A stretch of 56,122 nt of DNA, the filler included, from Sluysia triapertura (lineage: Eukaryota): NCBI GenBank assembly GCA_046118255.1. It is 4 parts of 4 records of this genome, joined end to end, with 100 filler letters (N's around TTAATTAATTAA, not from the genome) between each part and the next. Parts side by side here need not be neighbours in the genome. Positions count along the whole stretch, not along the records: positions 14,307 to 28,730 come from JBJNIA010260068.1; positions 28,831 to 43,571 come from JBJNIA010249977.1; 2 more parts are not named here. The stretch is one strand, 5' to 3'. A program made the translations under genes and the position numbers. The notes under the pieces were generated by a model, which was not told the DNA's origin, ran no database searches, and saw nothing but the letters and a program-made list of their open reading frames with translations. How positions within the stretch are numbered: the first letter of the stretch is position 1; each line of letters begins with the position of its first letter. Shown piece by piece: positions 26,600 through 40,700 of the stretch.

Positions 26600-27903
26600 A
26601 TTCAGAGACGAGTTAACCATTAACAGTAAAGCGAAAATCATTGTTTGTTAACCCTTCACATGAACTAATTCTATGTTGTTCAATTTCTAAGGTAAACTTA
26701 TGATGTTGAATTGTATAACTGAAACTTGAAATTAGTTTATAATTATGTAATAAATTTAATAATTATGAAGAGTGATTGATGTACATATGTATGTGACGTA
26801 TGTATGTACAAATTTCTGAGTTTTCCGACTGTTGATTATGTGCATTTAAACGATTGAGTGGAATGTGTTTGAATTATGTTTATGAAAATTATTTAACACG
26901 AAGATGGAAATCTCAATATAAATTTATCTAACCCTTTGATTTATTGGAACTTTTTTAAGATATTGAACGTATTTAATTTTACCTTATTATCATGATGAAT
27001 ACACACATTTATTTTACTATTCAGAAACGAATACTTTGCATTGTTGTTTGCATTGCTAGGTGGTCTCTTTTCTTAAGTTAGGGTTGGAGGAATATTCCCC
27101 GGAAAATGTCGCCAAAATAAAAATGAAAATATAAATATGTTGAAACAAATTTATTTTCACTTGTCAATTGTTACACGGGCACCAATCGTGTCAGGGAACT
27201 GGCGCAAGAAAAACACCACGAATGAGTCAGACTCGTCGTCTGTGACTTTGGTTATTCATATTGATGGTGAGTCTCACTCGTCAAATTTTTTATGTAGTGG
27301 TAGCAGTAAAAACCATATTGAACGAGTATTTTCTGAAAATCTAGTGGGATATTGGACACTGAAGGGTTAGGTTAAACTCTGAATGAAATCTGAAGTTGGG
27401 TTTCTTTGTTATTTAATTCAAAAAACGCAGATATTAGACTTTATGCTATTTGTATCTCTCATGAGAGTATATCTATGAAATTTTTTCCTTTTTATGTTTT
27501 GCAATGAGCCAATACCTTTAGCTTTGTTAACCTTACATACTCATTAATTCATTCAAAATGACAATCTGCCAAGTTTTTGGACTTACATTTTACTTCATTT
27601 TTTGGCTATTTTTAATTCTAGTATCTAAAATTTTTAACAATATATGCACCATTAAATAAATTCATAAAAAGCTTTAATTAAATTTTATTATCATTTTTGT
27701 TATTGTTATTTTTATATTTTATAATTATTATTGTAATTTTTTTCTTTAATTATTTGTGAAACTAACCTTGAAAAAATTATCGAAAAGTATATTTGATTTT
27801 AGTTTTCTGTACTTGATTTTGAATATGTATCACATTTCAATGATAATGTTAACCTTATCTTGGAATACAGACCTAAATTACCGTTTAGTATAATTGTTAA
27901 GCA

Positions 27904-27961
27904 GGGCTGATAGCTTAGTGGGTAGAGCATCGAACTGCGTAGTGAGGGCCCGGTCAGTACA
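27904..27961 (+). pseudogene. Second, internally deleted copy of the tRNA-Ala-like element
   Basis: GGGCTGA TA GCTT AGTGGGTA GAGC ATCGAACTGCGTAGTGAGGGCCCGG TCAGTAC A aligns with 11093-11022 but lacks the T loop/B box. Confidence 0.7.
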
Positions 27962-28730
27962 TTAACATGAGTGCAACACCATATCAGATACTGAGCTCAA
28001 AAGCAAGAACTGATATGTGGTATATAAGCGTGTTAATATATTAAGAGAGGAAATGATAAAATTGAAGACTAGAGTAGCTTCTCCTATATTTCTTAAACAA
28101 AAATAATCACACTTTGTAATAATTTCATATTCAGAATATTTCATCCCTAACTTTTATGAATGTCTTTGATACATGCTTATGTAAGATTTGTTGTACGACC
28201 AATTTATACGAGAAACTATTCCTCAATAATTTGAACAAAAAATAAGTAAATTATCATAGAAATATACTGTATTTTATTTTATTTTTTATTCAAATTTATT
28301 TGAAGGTTTTTAAAGTACCCATTAAAATATTTTGGAATGTAAGTCAATTTGATAGTTTAGCCATGGTTGGACGCAGTCTCCAATAAATTCTGGTGTCACT
28401 TGTACAGTTCAATTAGAAATTGATGCATAGTGTACATGTACCACTGGATTTTAATTTTAAACCAAAATTAAAAGTTGAAATTTTTCTAATTTACCACTTA
28501 TAGTTTTTGATTGTTATTTATTTAATTTATTTCCCTTGTGTTAGTAAAACAACATTAATTTGTTTTATGTTTTATTAATACTTTTATACTTCAACTTTAA
28601 GCTATAGGGTAAGGTTGCTCAAGTCGTACCACATACATTTTGTACAAACTAGGGCGACAACAGCATATACGTCGGCAATTAAATATACATCTGAGTGAGC
28701 TAAGTTGTGTGACATATTACTATTTACCGT

Positions 28731-28830
28731 NNNNNNNNNNNNNNNNNNNNNNNNNNNNNNNNNNNNNNNNNNNNTTAATTAATTAANNNNNNNNNNNNNN
28801 NNNNNNNNNNNNNNNNNNNNNNNNNNNNNN
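28731..28830. other. Artificial contig-joining spacer
   Basis: 44N-TTAATTAATTAA-44N. Confidence 0.95.
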
Positions 28831-28902
28831 GATCTTGCATAGCAGTTGTGTAAGAGAAAAAATCGCCATTGACGCCATATGGCGGTCCCGGGGCTGAAAG
28901 GG
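28831..28902. mobile_element. Terminus of a piggyBac-like element cut by the contig start
   Basis: GC-rich end ...GGGCTGAAAGGG|TTAA (TTAA at 28903-28906), with subterminal palindrome CGCCATATGGCG. Confidence 0.5.
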
Positions 28903-28989
28903 TTAAGAGACTATAAAACGCATTGTACAAAATTAGTATTTTATTGATGTTCTTGAGTTTTTCAATACTTCTACACATTTTTGTTTCAA

Positions 28990-29790
28990 TTTTTTCCAAA
29001 GCAAATCCAATATTGCATTTTTTAACCCAAAATAGAGGAAAGTAATGCAAGTATTGCCAAAAAGTTAAACAATCAAGACATACGATATCCAATTATTTGG
29101 ATAATAGTTATAAAAAGAAATGGAAACAAATGGGCCGTCCTAAGGCACTTTCTAATCGCAGAAAAGGAGTTTAATAATATGCGTAAAAGACAACATTGTC
29201 AGCAACTCGCATAATATCAGATTTGAAACTAAACTGCAGTAAAACAACATCATGGAGAATTCATTAAAATGCGTGTTGCTAAACTTCCAATTACTGATGC
29301 TCATAAAATAGCAAAAATTAACTTTGCCGAAAATCATATTAATAACTACACTGACTGGACCAAGACAATATTCATAGATGAGAAGAAAATTAATTTGGAT
29401 GGTCCTGATGGTTATAAATACTATTGGCATCATCCAAAGGATTCAAAAGAAATATTTTGGGGGTGTAGTTCCATCAACTCTTAATGCTGATAAGTACTAT
29501 GATTTGATAAAAGAAGTAGTAGTTCCGTATGTTAAACTTCCAAAAAATATCAATGTCATATTTAAGCAAGATAACGCTCTTTGACATCGATCTAAAACTA
29601 CACTTAATAAGATCCCCTAACCTCAATCCAACAGAAAATTTATGGTCTCAATTATCCTTTAAGGTGTGCACTCAAGGAAAACAGTATAACAATATATCTG
29701 AGTTTAAAAAAATGCTACATTGGATGTTTGGGAAAAGATTGAAATAAAAAATGTAAATACATTCGATGACAAAAATAAAGTACTCTAAGT
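28990..29790 (+). mobile_element. Tc1-family transposase remnant
   Basis: GRPKALS, DWTKTIFIDEKKINLDGPDGYKYYWH, FKQDNA and SPNLNPTENLW spread across shifting frames. Confidence 0.9.
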
Positions 29791-29838
29791 ATTGGCCTGC
29801 TATTCTTAAGTTATTTTACTAAAAAAGAAAATTTAATA

Positions 29839-30385
29839 ATTGGTTGGTGCATAAGTTCCTTCGGTTTTTTACAATTACGAAAAATGCATACTGATCAAGA
29901 ATAAAAACCATACAAAAAATGAATTTATTAGCAAAATGAATTTATTAGCAAAATGAATTTATTAAATCATTAGAAAAAACAAATATCTCAGTCTCAATCG
30001 GTGGGATATTCTCCGTCACAATCGATAATTTCCTACACTGTTCTGGCATTTTGCCAATCACACGTTTGGAAAACCTTGGTGAATTTTGATCGAAAAATTC
30101 TTCAATTCACGTTGCTAATGTTTCTTCGTTTTCAAATGTGAGACAAGAAAGATGGAAAAGATGAAAAAGATGAAAAGATGAAAATCTGTTGGGACTAAGT
30201 CGGGCGAATACGGAGTTAGGGGAAGAACTTCCCGGCCAAGCTTGTCATTGTGGCTACACGAGGCAGAGCATTGTCATGCTGTAAAATTATCTGCTTCTTA
30301 TTGGTCCGTTTTGATTGCAGTGTTTGCTCACTTGAGTTGTTCATAATAAAGTTCGACATTGATTGTTTGGTTTTTTGGAAAAATT
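29839..30385 (-). mobile_element. mariner transposase 3' remnant with one TIR
   Basis: Minus strand gives LQHDNALP and PYSPDLVPTDFHLF. A mariner-like TIR, ATTGGTTGGTGCATAAGTTCCTTCGGTTTTT, follows TA at 29837-29838. Confidence 0.85.
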
Positions 30386-33300
30386 TGGTCCTTGCATATT
30401 AATGCATTATAAAATAACTAAATTAAATTCTATTATTGTAAATGTTAGATTTTATGTAAATGCTTCTTCAAACTTGATAAAAATTATTTATATTTAATTA
30501 TTATTATCTGTCAAACTTTAAATGACTCTGGATACTTTTATACGTCAATAAATTAATTTACACTTGTGAAAAATTAGATAATTAGACTTTCAATATAAAT
30601 TCTGTAACGTTAATACTTTAAATATCTTCACTTATATAAATCAGTCAGCAACAACCTAAAATCTGTATCGTTTTACTATTCTATTAATCTTTCTTTATTC
30701 TATCCGGAAGTATGAGTTCGGATACTCGTTCCGATGGTCTGGAATGGAAACACAAAAATATGTTTTAAGTTTATTCTAAAATGAAGTTCGATTTACTTTA
30801 TAAATATTATTAATTTTAATTTTAGTCACAACTATTATTCTTTGATTATAACGTTATATTAATTTCTTTCTTTGAGGAACTACTCACAAAACACAAAAAA
30901 TTCAAATACGAAAATTTACTAATCAAATACTTTATACAAAAAACAGTAACACTAATGAAACAGTAACAATAACGAATATAAATAATTATTGAAAAATATG
31001 TTTATAACTTTAAATATTTTAAACTGGAATTACAATAAATATCGCTTACTTATCGACAATAATTACAATTAATTTTGATTTGTCTCTTCGTTAATATTAA
31101 TTCTGAATAATGTTCTTTGATCTTATTCCAATTTTGCATTGCGAAAAATAGTTTCTCCAAATTATTTAAATATATTTTCTAATAATTAATCGTCGGTTGT
31201 TCGTTTAACCAGTGTGTTTTAAAATATTTGCACGCGCTATTTATACGCGTTTTATTATGGTTTTGAATTATTAAATTTTCTTGTATAGTAATTCTATCCA
31301 ATATCATAGTGATTTAATTTGTTAATATGTAATAATCATGATGAGTGATAATTATTTAATTCCAGTTTCAGTACATAATACTTACAGTAATAATGATACA
31401 ATAGACAATTATTTCATAACGATAAGTTATTTAATGTCATCAATAAACACTTTATTTTGTAGTTATAAGTGAATAATAATAATAATAATAAACAATTATT
31501 TCATGATGAATAATGTTATTTAATTTCATGAATCATCAGTAAGCACTACTAAATCATTTTATAATAATAATAATCATCATCATCATCATCATGAATTTAT
31601 ACAATGATAACAATGATAAATATTGCTTCCAGTTCAAATATTTATTTTAATTGCATATAATTTATATTGAATCTTAATTTAATATGCTTTTTCTCGATTA
31701 AAATGCTTTTAAATTTGATATAACATTATTCTCTCAATCTTTAATTTAAGTTAATTTTGATCGAGAATAATGTTGTTAATTTTTAATTGCATAATAGTTT
31801 TACTCAATCTCAGTTTAATATAATTTTGACTCTCAAATTACAATGATCTTTATGTTCTTAAAATTGAATGTTATATTATCATTATGGAATCTTATTTTAA
31901 AATGATTATTTATTTTATTTTAATCTAAAATTAAGTATTATTTGCTGTTAAATTTTGAATTTATATTAACTCTATTGAATCTCATTTTAAATTGATGAAG
32001 AACATTATAATCTTAATAAAAATGAATTTAATTTTACTTTTAAGAATAATTTTATTTTAAATAAAATTTACATTAAATTAAAATTGAATAAATATTATGT
32101 TAAACTTGTAATAAATTAAATAAATATTGTAATGAATTCTTCAGCTACACAGAGAATTACATATCCAAGCATTCTATAGAAATTACTACACTACTCAAGT
32201 GTAATTTCATTAAACTTTCTGGAAATTATTGTTCTAAGCTCATTTTCAAAATTATTATTTTCTTTGCCTATGCATACAATTTTTTTATATTTTGTTATTA
32301 ATTATTATTACTTTATATTTTATTATTAAAGGTTATTAATAAATGAAATAAACAATTTAATAATTATTATAATTATAAACCACAGAAATTAAAAAAAAGT
32401 ACAATAAAATAATTTTAAAAAGAAATTATTTGATATTATTACAAAAGTCTGCTACAACAGAATTAGTTTTCTTTGTAACATCTGTTTTATTTAATTATTT
32501 ATCATTTACAATCGTGGCAGTCAAACATAAAATAAATGGTTTTTCAATCTAGCTAGTATTTATCGTTTTTGTATTTGTGTTATTATTATTATTATTATTA
32601 TTACATTGACATGAATTTTATGTAATTAAGTTAATGCAAATAATTAATGCATATTTTGGGAGCTAATTTTCTACAAAGAATTTCTTATTTATGATATAAA
32701 AATTAGCGATTAAAAATCATAGAAATAAGATTCAAATGTGTTAAACTTTCGTGGAATTGGAGTGTAAATAAAAACAATTTAAATAATAGAAAAATAACAA
32801 TATAAAAATGCTAATAAAAATAAAAATTATATAAATTTAACTAAATAATTTAAACCTTTATAAACTAAAGAAAATAATTATAGTATTGTCAGTAGTTTCA
32901 GAAATAAAAGCTTCTAAACATTCAAAATTAATAAGTATTGATTTTATCTAATACCAAACAAAAATAAAATAGGAGTATGTAATGGAACAGACTACGCATT
33001 TTACAAGAAAAATTAATTACGGATTAAATGGATTAAATAAAAATGAAAATATGAATACTAAAAGACACGAACAAATACAAACTAGCATATACATTAAACA
33101 AATCAATAAATCAATATTACAAATTGGATATTTTGTTCTAGATAAATTATTATAGAATGAAATTCAAAATTTTATTGAATTATAATAACAGTAAATCTCC
33201 TACTTTAAATAGATTATTATGATATTTTTAGAAATGATTTGAATCATTTAACAATAAATTGTAAAGTTAAAATAAAATAAATCTAAAATATTTTTACAAA

Positions 33301-35018
33301 TTTTATATTTAATTTATTTGTTTAAATTTGTACAAATTCAAAACTAAATTCAATGATTAGAGACTACAAAGAAATTTGATTGATAAAAAGTTTAAACTTA
33401 AACAAGGGATTCGAATAATAAAGGAAGTCATTAAATGAACTTAGAATAACTAAATAAATTAACTTAAAGAATAAAGTAGAATAACTCGACTTCGAATATA
33501 GTTTGATTTTTTAAAAGTAACAAATTAAAATTTTTTTCTTACAATAATAATAATAATAATACTATTTGTTGCAACATTTAAAGAAAAACACATCAGTTAT
33601 TTACAAAACTCATAGGAAGTAACATAAAACATGGTTTGTGATTATTCTATAATTGATATTGTTATATCAATGTTTTTTAATTTGACAATTAATTTTTATT
33701 AATTTATGTTTGAACTATATCTCAATCTATATTTAGCTTTTAATTAGATATAATGTAAATAAAATGACTATATATATATATATATATTCACTTTACTGAA
33801 CTCTTATCTTGATTTTCATATTTCATAACGTAATAATGATAATAATTATTTTTATTATAACGTAGTAAATTCATTACAGAAATTTAAATAATATTCCTCT
33901 TTTCAATTTATAAAACATCTGTTTTATTTTTTGTAAAAATCTTGAAATATCTGAAGAAAATCATCACTGTTATTTTAAAATGACGAAAAAGAACGTTGCC
34001 AATAAAATAATTATAATTATAAATTTTTAAGCTATCTTTCTGATAACTCAACCAGTTTTAGCTTTTGGTACATATTTATTTTCTAAATTAAGTGTGACTA
34101 ACTTGGAATGAGGTAATTAGAAATATATCTGCAGTGTTACATGTAATTAAGTGATCTTTTAATTAAAGTAACTTTGTAAACTGTCACATTTATTAAATTG
34201 GTTTCTTAATTTACACACTGTATCAGTAACTAATTAGAAACACAATTCTAGCAACTAACACAATAAATAATGTGTAATACAATATAGACTTTGAAGTGTA
34301 TCGTAGTATAAATTTTATCGAAGGATTGAAAGCCTGATTAATCTAATTTAGAGTGAACATAACCATTTTTTAATTTTGACTTGATGAAATCGCTCATTGA
34401 AAATTTTGACCACTATCCAATGATACAGTTGCTTCTTAAACAGTCATTGCTCTTCAAAGGTAATAGATTGTTTCATTAAATATATTGAAATTCCAATTGT
34501 CATACATTCACATCTTGTTTACCATACATACACATTTTAATTGGTCTTTTAATTAAATTTGTTTACTTTATTTTTGACATTGTTTACGTATTATAAGTAC
34601 TAAAGTCTCATTAATTTCTAAACATATTCATCAGATAATAATGAAACAATGTAGATGTTATAGAATGTTTAATTTTAATTGTTTTACACATTTTCAGTCA
34701 AATTGCAAAATAAAAGTACTTCGTTATGTTACTATTTATTTTGTATGTACAAAATGCGTTTATATTATATTTCACTTCTTATATTATTTTATATTATATT
34801 GACCCAGGAAATTTTCAATGTTACTTTAATTTTGTCATCACAAATGATAGAATTATGTAATAAATTAAATACTCTATGCAACAATTTCATTGTATTACTA
34901 ATCTAAATAACGTTTTTAGCTGTTCCTTACATGAAGTTATTTTATTGTTTAGTGCATTTTATAGAAACAAATTATTGATATATAACGAAATATAGGACTC
35001 AATTGTTTAAATTATTCT

Positions 35019-35255
35019 TTAAACCAGTAAATAAAAGTTGGTTGCTGTGCCAAATTCGGTTTGACTTTCAAATAATAGCATCACTATATCTTGTCCATTA
35101 ACTAGAAATTTATCTCGATCAGCCGTTAGTCCGATAAACAGAGCACAATCGATTGCTTTATTTTCTAATAAGCACAATTCTTTTCAGTACTGGAATTTGG
35201 CAACATAATACATTTTTGTGGTACTAAAGAAAAAATGGAATATAAAATGTGATCA
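35019..35255 (-). pseudogene. Importin-5 (karyopherin beta-3)-like pseudogene fragment
   Basis: 35183-35022 reads KELCLLENKAIDCALFIGLTADRDKFLVNGQDIVMLLFESQTEF, which aligns without gaps to recalled IPO5 [44 protein letters not shown]. An in-frame TGA/frameshift lies immediately upstream and a TAA shortly downstream. Confidence 0.7.
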
Positions 35256-37571
35256 GTATTTGTTAATATTAGATTTCTTAACAAAAAATTAATTAATCAA
35301 GTAAGAGTCACTTAATAAATTTTGAGGCCTACTGTTTAAAATATAATTAAATTAATTTCTGAAATAAATTAAATAATTAATATTTTTTCTTATAAAAGTA
35401 TTAAATGTTTTGTATTAACTATGGAAAAAATTGTTGTAAAACATTTATAGAATAATTTTGAATAATATTAACATGAATTCCAGTTGACAGAAGTTTAACA
35501 ATCTTTATTTTCCGTGCTATATTCATTAGTATATTCGAATTTTAAGAGAATTTCCATACTTATTTGCAGCTGCGTTTGATAATTTTTGTATGCTAATTAA
35601 GTGTGATGAATTCCAACCTTTTTCCTTAACGTTTGTTTATTAATTTTTGGTTTCAGTTTTATTATTTAGTATATTTTGGTGTTTCTGAGGATACTTTTAG
35701 AGTTATTTAGTTGTAAATTGAATGTCATTAGATATTTAAAGTAAGTGCAACACGATCTTATTGAAAATGTTCTTATTTTTAAAATCACTGTGAAAAATAT
35801 TTTAATTGATAATTGCTACAAATTTCATATTTGTACTAAAATTAATTACATTGCATATTTGCTGAGATTGTATAAACGAATATTTTGCAAACGTACATAA
35901 CTGCAGCTGCACGTTTATAACAATTTGAAATGTATAATTAGAAACTATTTCTTAATGATATAAAAACACCTACTATCGAATATTTTCTATTTACTTCATT
36001 TTATTCATTTCTAAACAATGAATTAACTAACACAGTATTTGACATTAGTAATACTATGTAAAAATAATATACATACCAACTTTTAGTTATCGTTAGTTTC
36101 ATTTTTATTCTATCTACTCCTATTTTCTGTCATTCGTTAATTCATTTATTCTTTACTCATTCTCTCGTTTTGTCTACTTATAATAAAATCAATATTTTTG
36201 TACTTTAATAAGTGAAAATAATAAAAAGTACAAATGACGTGTGTTTGATTATTATTTAAAAATATATTGTATTATTATTGTCAAAATGATTTAACTTCGT
36301 CAAAGTACACATATTATTGCCCTAGTTGCATCATTTACATACTTTTTTCGGTTATTTCATTATACACATATGTAGTGTAAATTATGTAAATATATTTATT
36401 TGGTCTTTATCACGCTGGAGTTTGTGTTTGATAATGACTTATCGTATTTAATAATATTGATGTCGATTAGTAAAAGTGCATCATCTGGTTATCAGTATTG
36501 TACATTAAAATATTTCAAACTGGAAAATAACTGCACGGCATGACTAATATTAATTATTTTATAAATTTTTTTAAAATTATGTTACCTGATAAGTTTAATT
36601 TCTAGCAGTTTTTGACTTACAATAAATCAATAGCTTTCTAAATTTTGATTAATATGACATATTCATGAGCAACAATTAACAAAATGTATCTCTAAAATAA
36701 TCCATTTACATTTATTAATTATTCAAACAAATAGAGATTGGAAAATATAATTTATCAATAAATCAATTAATATTTAATTTACTTGTCTCGTTAAAACAAA
36801 AAAGTCATTAAAAAGCGCTGAAAAAAAATGCCTATTAATGTAGAATGAAAATAAAAATTTATTATTTTGATTTTTCTAAGTTGAATAAAAAAGCTTTAAA
36901 TTCGATTTAAATTAAATCTTACTAGGATATTAAAGAATTCACAATCATGTGCTTTGTCAAAAAGTGGATGAATTTTTAATCTGTGGTTTCATTATTTTCG
37001 TGAAGTCATGCTTTTATTTTAAAAATATCGGTCACATATAATTAATTAGGTCAAGGTTATCGAATTAAATTCCAACGTAATATCTAAAAATTAAAGTGAG
37101 TCAAAAAAGAGCATTATCGATGTTTATAATAAATAGAAAATGTTCTTTTCCTGCTATTATCACCAAGGCAAATTACTACAGTATTACACAATGTGTCACG
37201 TAGTGATTTGGCAATTAATACACATACTACTAATCACAAGGAAATAGTGTCTGCAAATTTAAATACAATTGTCTAATAAATGCGGTTCAATATATAACAA
37301 TTTGCGATGTGATGGCATTGGTCCTACAATTAAGACAAAATTATTGGCATATTTTGAATAGTTGAGTTGAGATTATATCGATTATGCCATAAAATCTCTA
37401 TTGAAAGAGAAAGTGTTTATGAATGTGTCCATTTTTTCATAGTGTATCGATAAATTAACGGTATGTCTAATATAATATGTTGAATAGCAGTATTAGATTG
37501 TCATGACTTTTCTTAGTATTTGTTTCGATTGTGTTATTTAAAATTAAATAAATATTTATATGATTATTCAG

Positions 37572-37728
37572 AAATTGGGCTTGCCGTGTTATTGATCCAA
37601 TGCAGCAACGATTGGATGACTGGAAGAAGTATAACGGTCAATTAGAAAAAGATCGAATAAAAGAAACAAGACGTGCAAAGAATGAATTAAAAAAGGCAAC
37701 TGATGAAAAGAATAGACTTCAAAAAAAA
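37572..37728 (+). CDS. Internal exon of a MIM/MTSS-like I-BAR (IMD) domain protein
   Basis: Bounded by a TTCAG acceptor and a GTTAGT donor. NWACRVIDPMQQRLDDWKKYNGQLEKDRIKETRRAKNELKKATDEKNRLQKK matches recalled MTSS1 LINPLQEQMEEWKKVANQLDKDHAKEYKKARQEIKKKSSDTLKLQKK. Confidence 0.8.
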
Positions 37729-40700
37729 GTTAGTTTAGAAATAAAAGTAACACATTTTTATATACATAAATTAATTGTTATTATGTTTAACTTCGTTTTT
37801 ATACATATTGTGATACAATAATAGAAAAGAATTAAATTAAATATGAATATTTACATGATATACAAACACCAAGTGTTTAAAATAATACATAGGTTCGACA
37901 TTTTATGCAAATGTTAAGTGAAACAATTAAAAATACAACAATCACTTCTGTTTATATAAGTCAGTATATAAATGAAAGAAAACGATATTTTTAAAATTTT
38001 TCAATAAATCTGCATCCGGCACTCTTTTGTTTATGTTAGATATAAACTAATTTTTAATAATGTGAAGTTATAAAATATCTGAATAATCTTAAAGTAAAAT
38101 AAGAATATCCATTATAACTTCAAAACAATCATTTTAAACTGCCCTAAAATTGAAATATATTATATAAAATAACACAGATATTAACCTGCCACATTTAATT
38201 AACAGGCCAAATGATTATGGACCAAGTAATAATAATATGATTGTATTACAATGGAAATTAAAAAATTACTAGAAACTGAATGAAGAATTATATAGTCATT
38301 TTCATAATATGTAAAATGAAATTATTTAATTATTGAAAGCAATTGGTCATATAGTAGAATAGTTATAGAATAAAATTAAAAAATTAATTAACCACAATAA
38401 AATATTGACATAAAGTCCTACACTGAATTGATAAATGTATTTAAAACGCTTGAAGACGGAATACAGCATAACTATAACCATTGTATTTATTAACAATTAT
38501 GCGTTGATCCTTGTTCAATTAATAAGATTCTAATTAACCTCGCGGAGGTCGCAGATGATCTAATAGATACAATCAAATTTCTTTTTTAAATACTCTTGTT
38601 TATATATTTCTGAAGGTCATGTTTATTTAGGCATGCACATGTTACTAATGAGAAGCTACACTGGTTTTGCAGTTAGTTTCAGTGTAACACGTGCTGTGTT
38701 CTGATGTAACTTGTATACGGGAAATACACGCAACCTCCACACTTCGCACTTCCATCTGTTAAATCAGAGACTAGTTTATTCGTAAAACTAACCCAGATAC
38801 AAAATAAAAGTTAAATATTTTTAGTAAAATGAAGAAAATAACAAATAATAATAAAGAAATAATACATTTTTAATATGTTGTTGAAAAAGTTAATTGAAAA
38901 ATGATTCGACATTAATTTAAATATATTTAATTAAAACTTGACTGTAATTTATAGTTTCATAAAATTTGTTTGATTATATCTTTGTTTCTCGTTTGTCACG
39001 TATGGAAGCGCTATGTTTAGTATACATTCAAGTTGTTTATCTTATCCTCGAAATAAATATAACTCCTAGCGTTAGCTTCATTTTATTAATCACAATTACT
39101 CGAAGTAATTAAATTTACACTTAGGTGTCAAATTTAATGCGAATTAATATTAAAGACAATGTTAAATTTTGTAAGCTTTTTAATTATCATTTTAAATTAA
39201 TCGAATTTAAAGGTGTAATGCACTTAATAAAACCTGAACTGTTCACAAATAAACAAATTTCGTAATGAAGATTTAAAGTATATTTTCTTGTTTACGAATT
39301 ATGAACAATAACTATTCAATTTTTATATCACATATTCTCTAAATCAGCATCCCTCAAATCAATACTTTACATTGTAACTAATTTATACAATTATCTCGTA
39401 ATATAAATATGCTCGCTCAAGCAAAGAGAAAAGTTTATGTAGGTTTGTTTACTTAATCTGTTGGTGAATTAAGTTGCCTGTAGGTCCTAATTGGTTAATT
39501 CATATGCATTAGCCCGTTTTCTCTACGTATACATCATATACATATGGTTACAATTCTAACTATATACTTTATTTATAGTATTCACATTGCGTTTTTTCTT
39601 GTTTTATTGATATATTCGATTTTTGAAAGCTAATTAAGTGTGACAGATTGTACCTTTACTAGTCCTGGCTTTTGTCTTGCTCCTAGAGGTGTTTCTAGGT
39701 GCTTTTTGGTTTCTTTGGCTTTTCTAAGTTGCAAATTTTTAAAATGTTTTCGTGTTTAAATTATTTGATTTTCAACAATATTTAGAGTATTTATGGTATT
39801 CTCACATATTTAATAAATATGAACACCGGATGCATGTATTTTAACTGATTCATTAATGAAAAATTATTTAACTCGAAAATGAAAATGTGGTAAAAGAATA
39901 AATTTATTTAAATAAAATAGATCTTTATATGTGAAAAAATCAAGGATATCATAGTAATATGATATCATAATATGGTTTTGCAAATATGTTCTTATAAATA
40001 TCGTTTGCAAATATCATGTTTCCTTAACGTTTGATGTTCGTGTCTGTTTGTGTTCACTTAGCACCCGAACCTTTTGATGGAAAAGACATACACACAAAAA
40101 AGAGTAATGAACTTTAGTAGTTGTCAGAAAAAAGAATGGTCTACTGTTATGAGAGGTCTAAATGAACTACTTTTTTGAAAAAATGAGACACTTTCATGGC
40201 AAGTCTGAAACAATTTTGGATTTGCATGGAATGGATTAATTAATTTAATTTAATGATTAATTCAACATTAAAAGAACTTTTGGTGAAATTTGTTCGTATC
40301 AATGAAAAAAAATATCACAAAGGAAGATATATTATTAATAAAAATGTTGTCAAACCGGAAGAAAAGAAATGATTTTCTTTTAAAAATATTGATTCTTATT
40401 GATTTAATTAAAAATTGTTTCACGACTAAACATTAAAAGTTAGTTTATATATTAAATTTAAATTAATCAACGTCGTACTACTCAAATTAGTGAAAAGTGT
40501 TTAATCTATTTTATTATACAATTTTTATTGTTTCATTCGAATATTTTTTTATTGAAATGCTATTTAAAAATTGTTTTAAAATCACAAGAAATATCATTTA
40601 CTACTTTTATTGATTTATTAAAAATATGAAATAAGAGCATTTAAAATTAATATTGATGCACTTAGTTCTTTTTATTTGAATCAATATCTCTCCAATTTAA

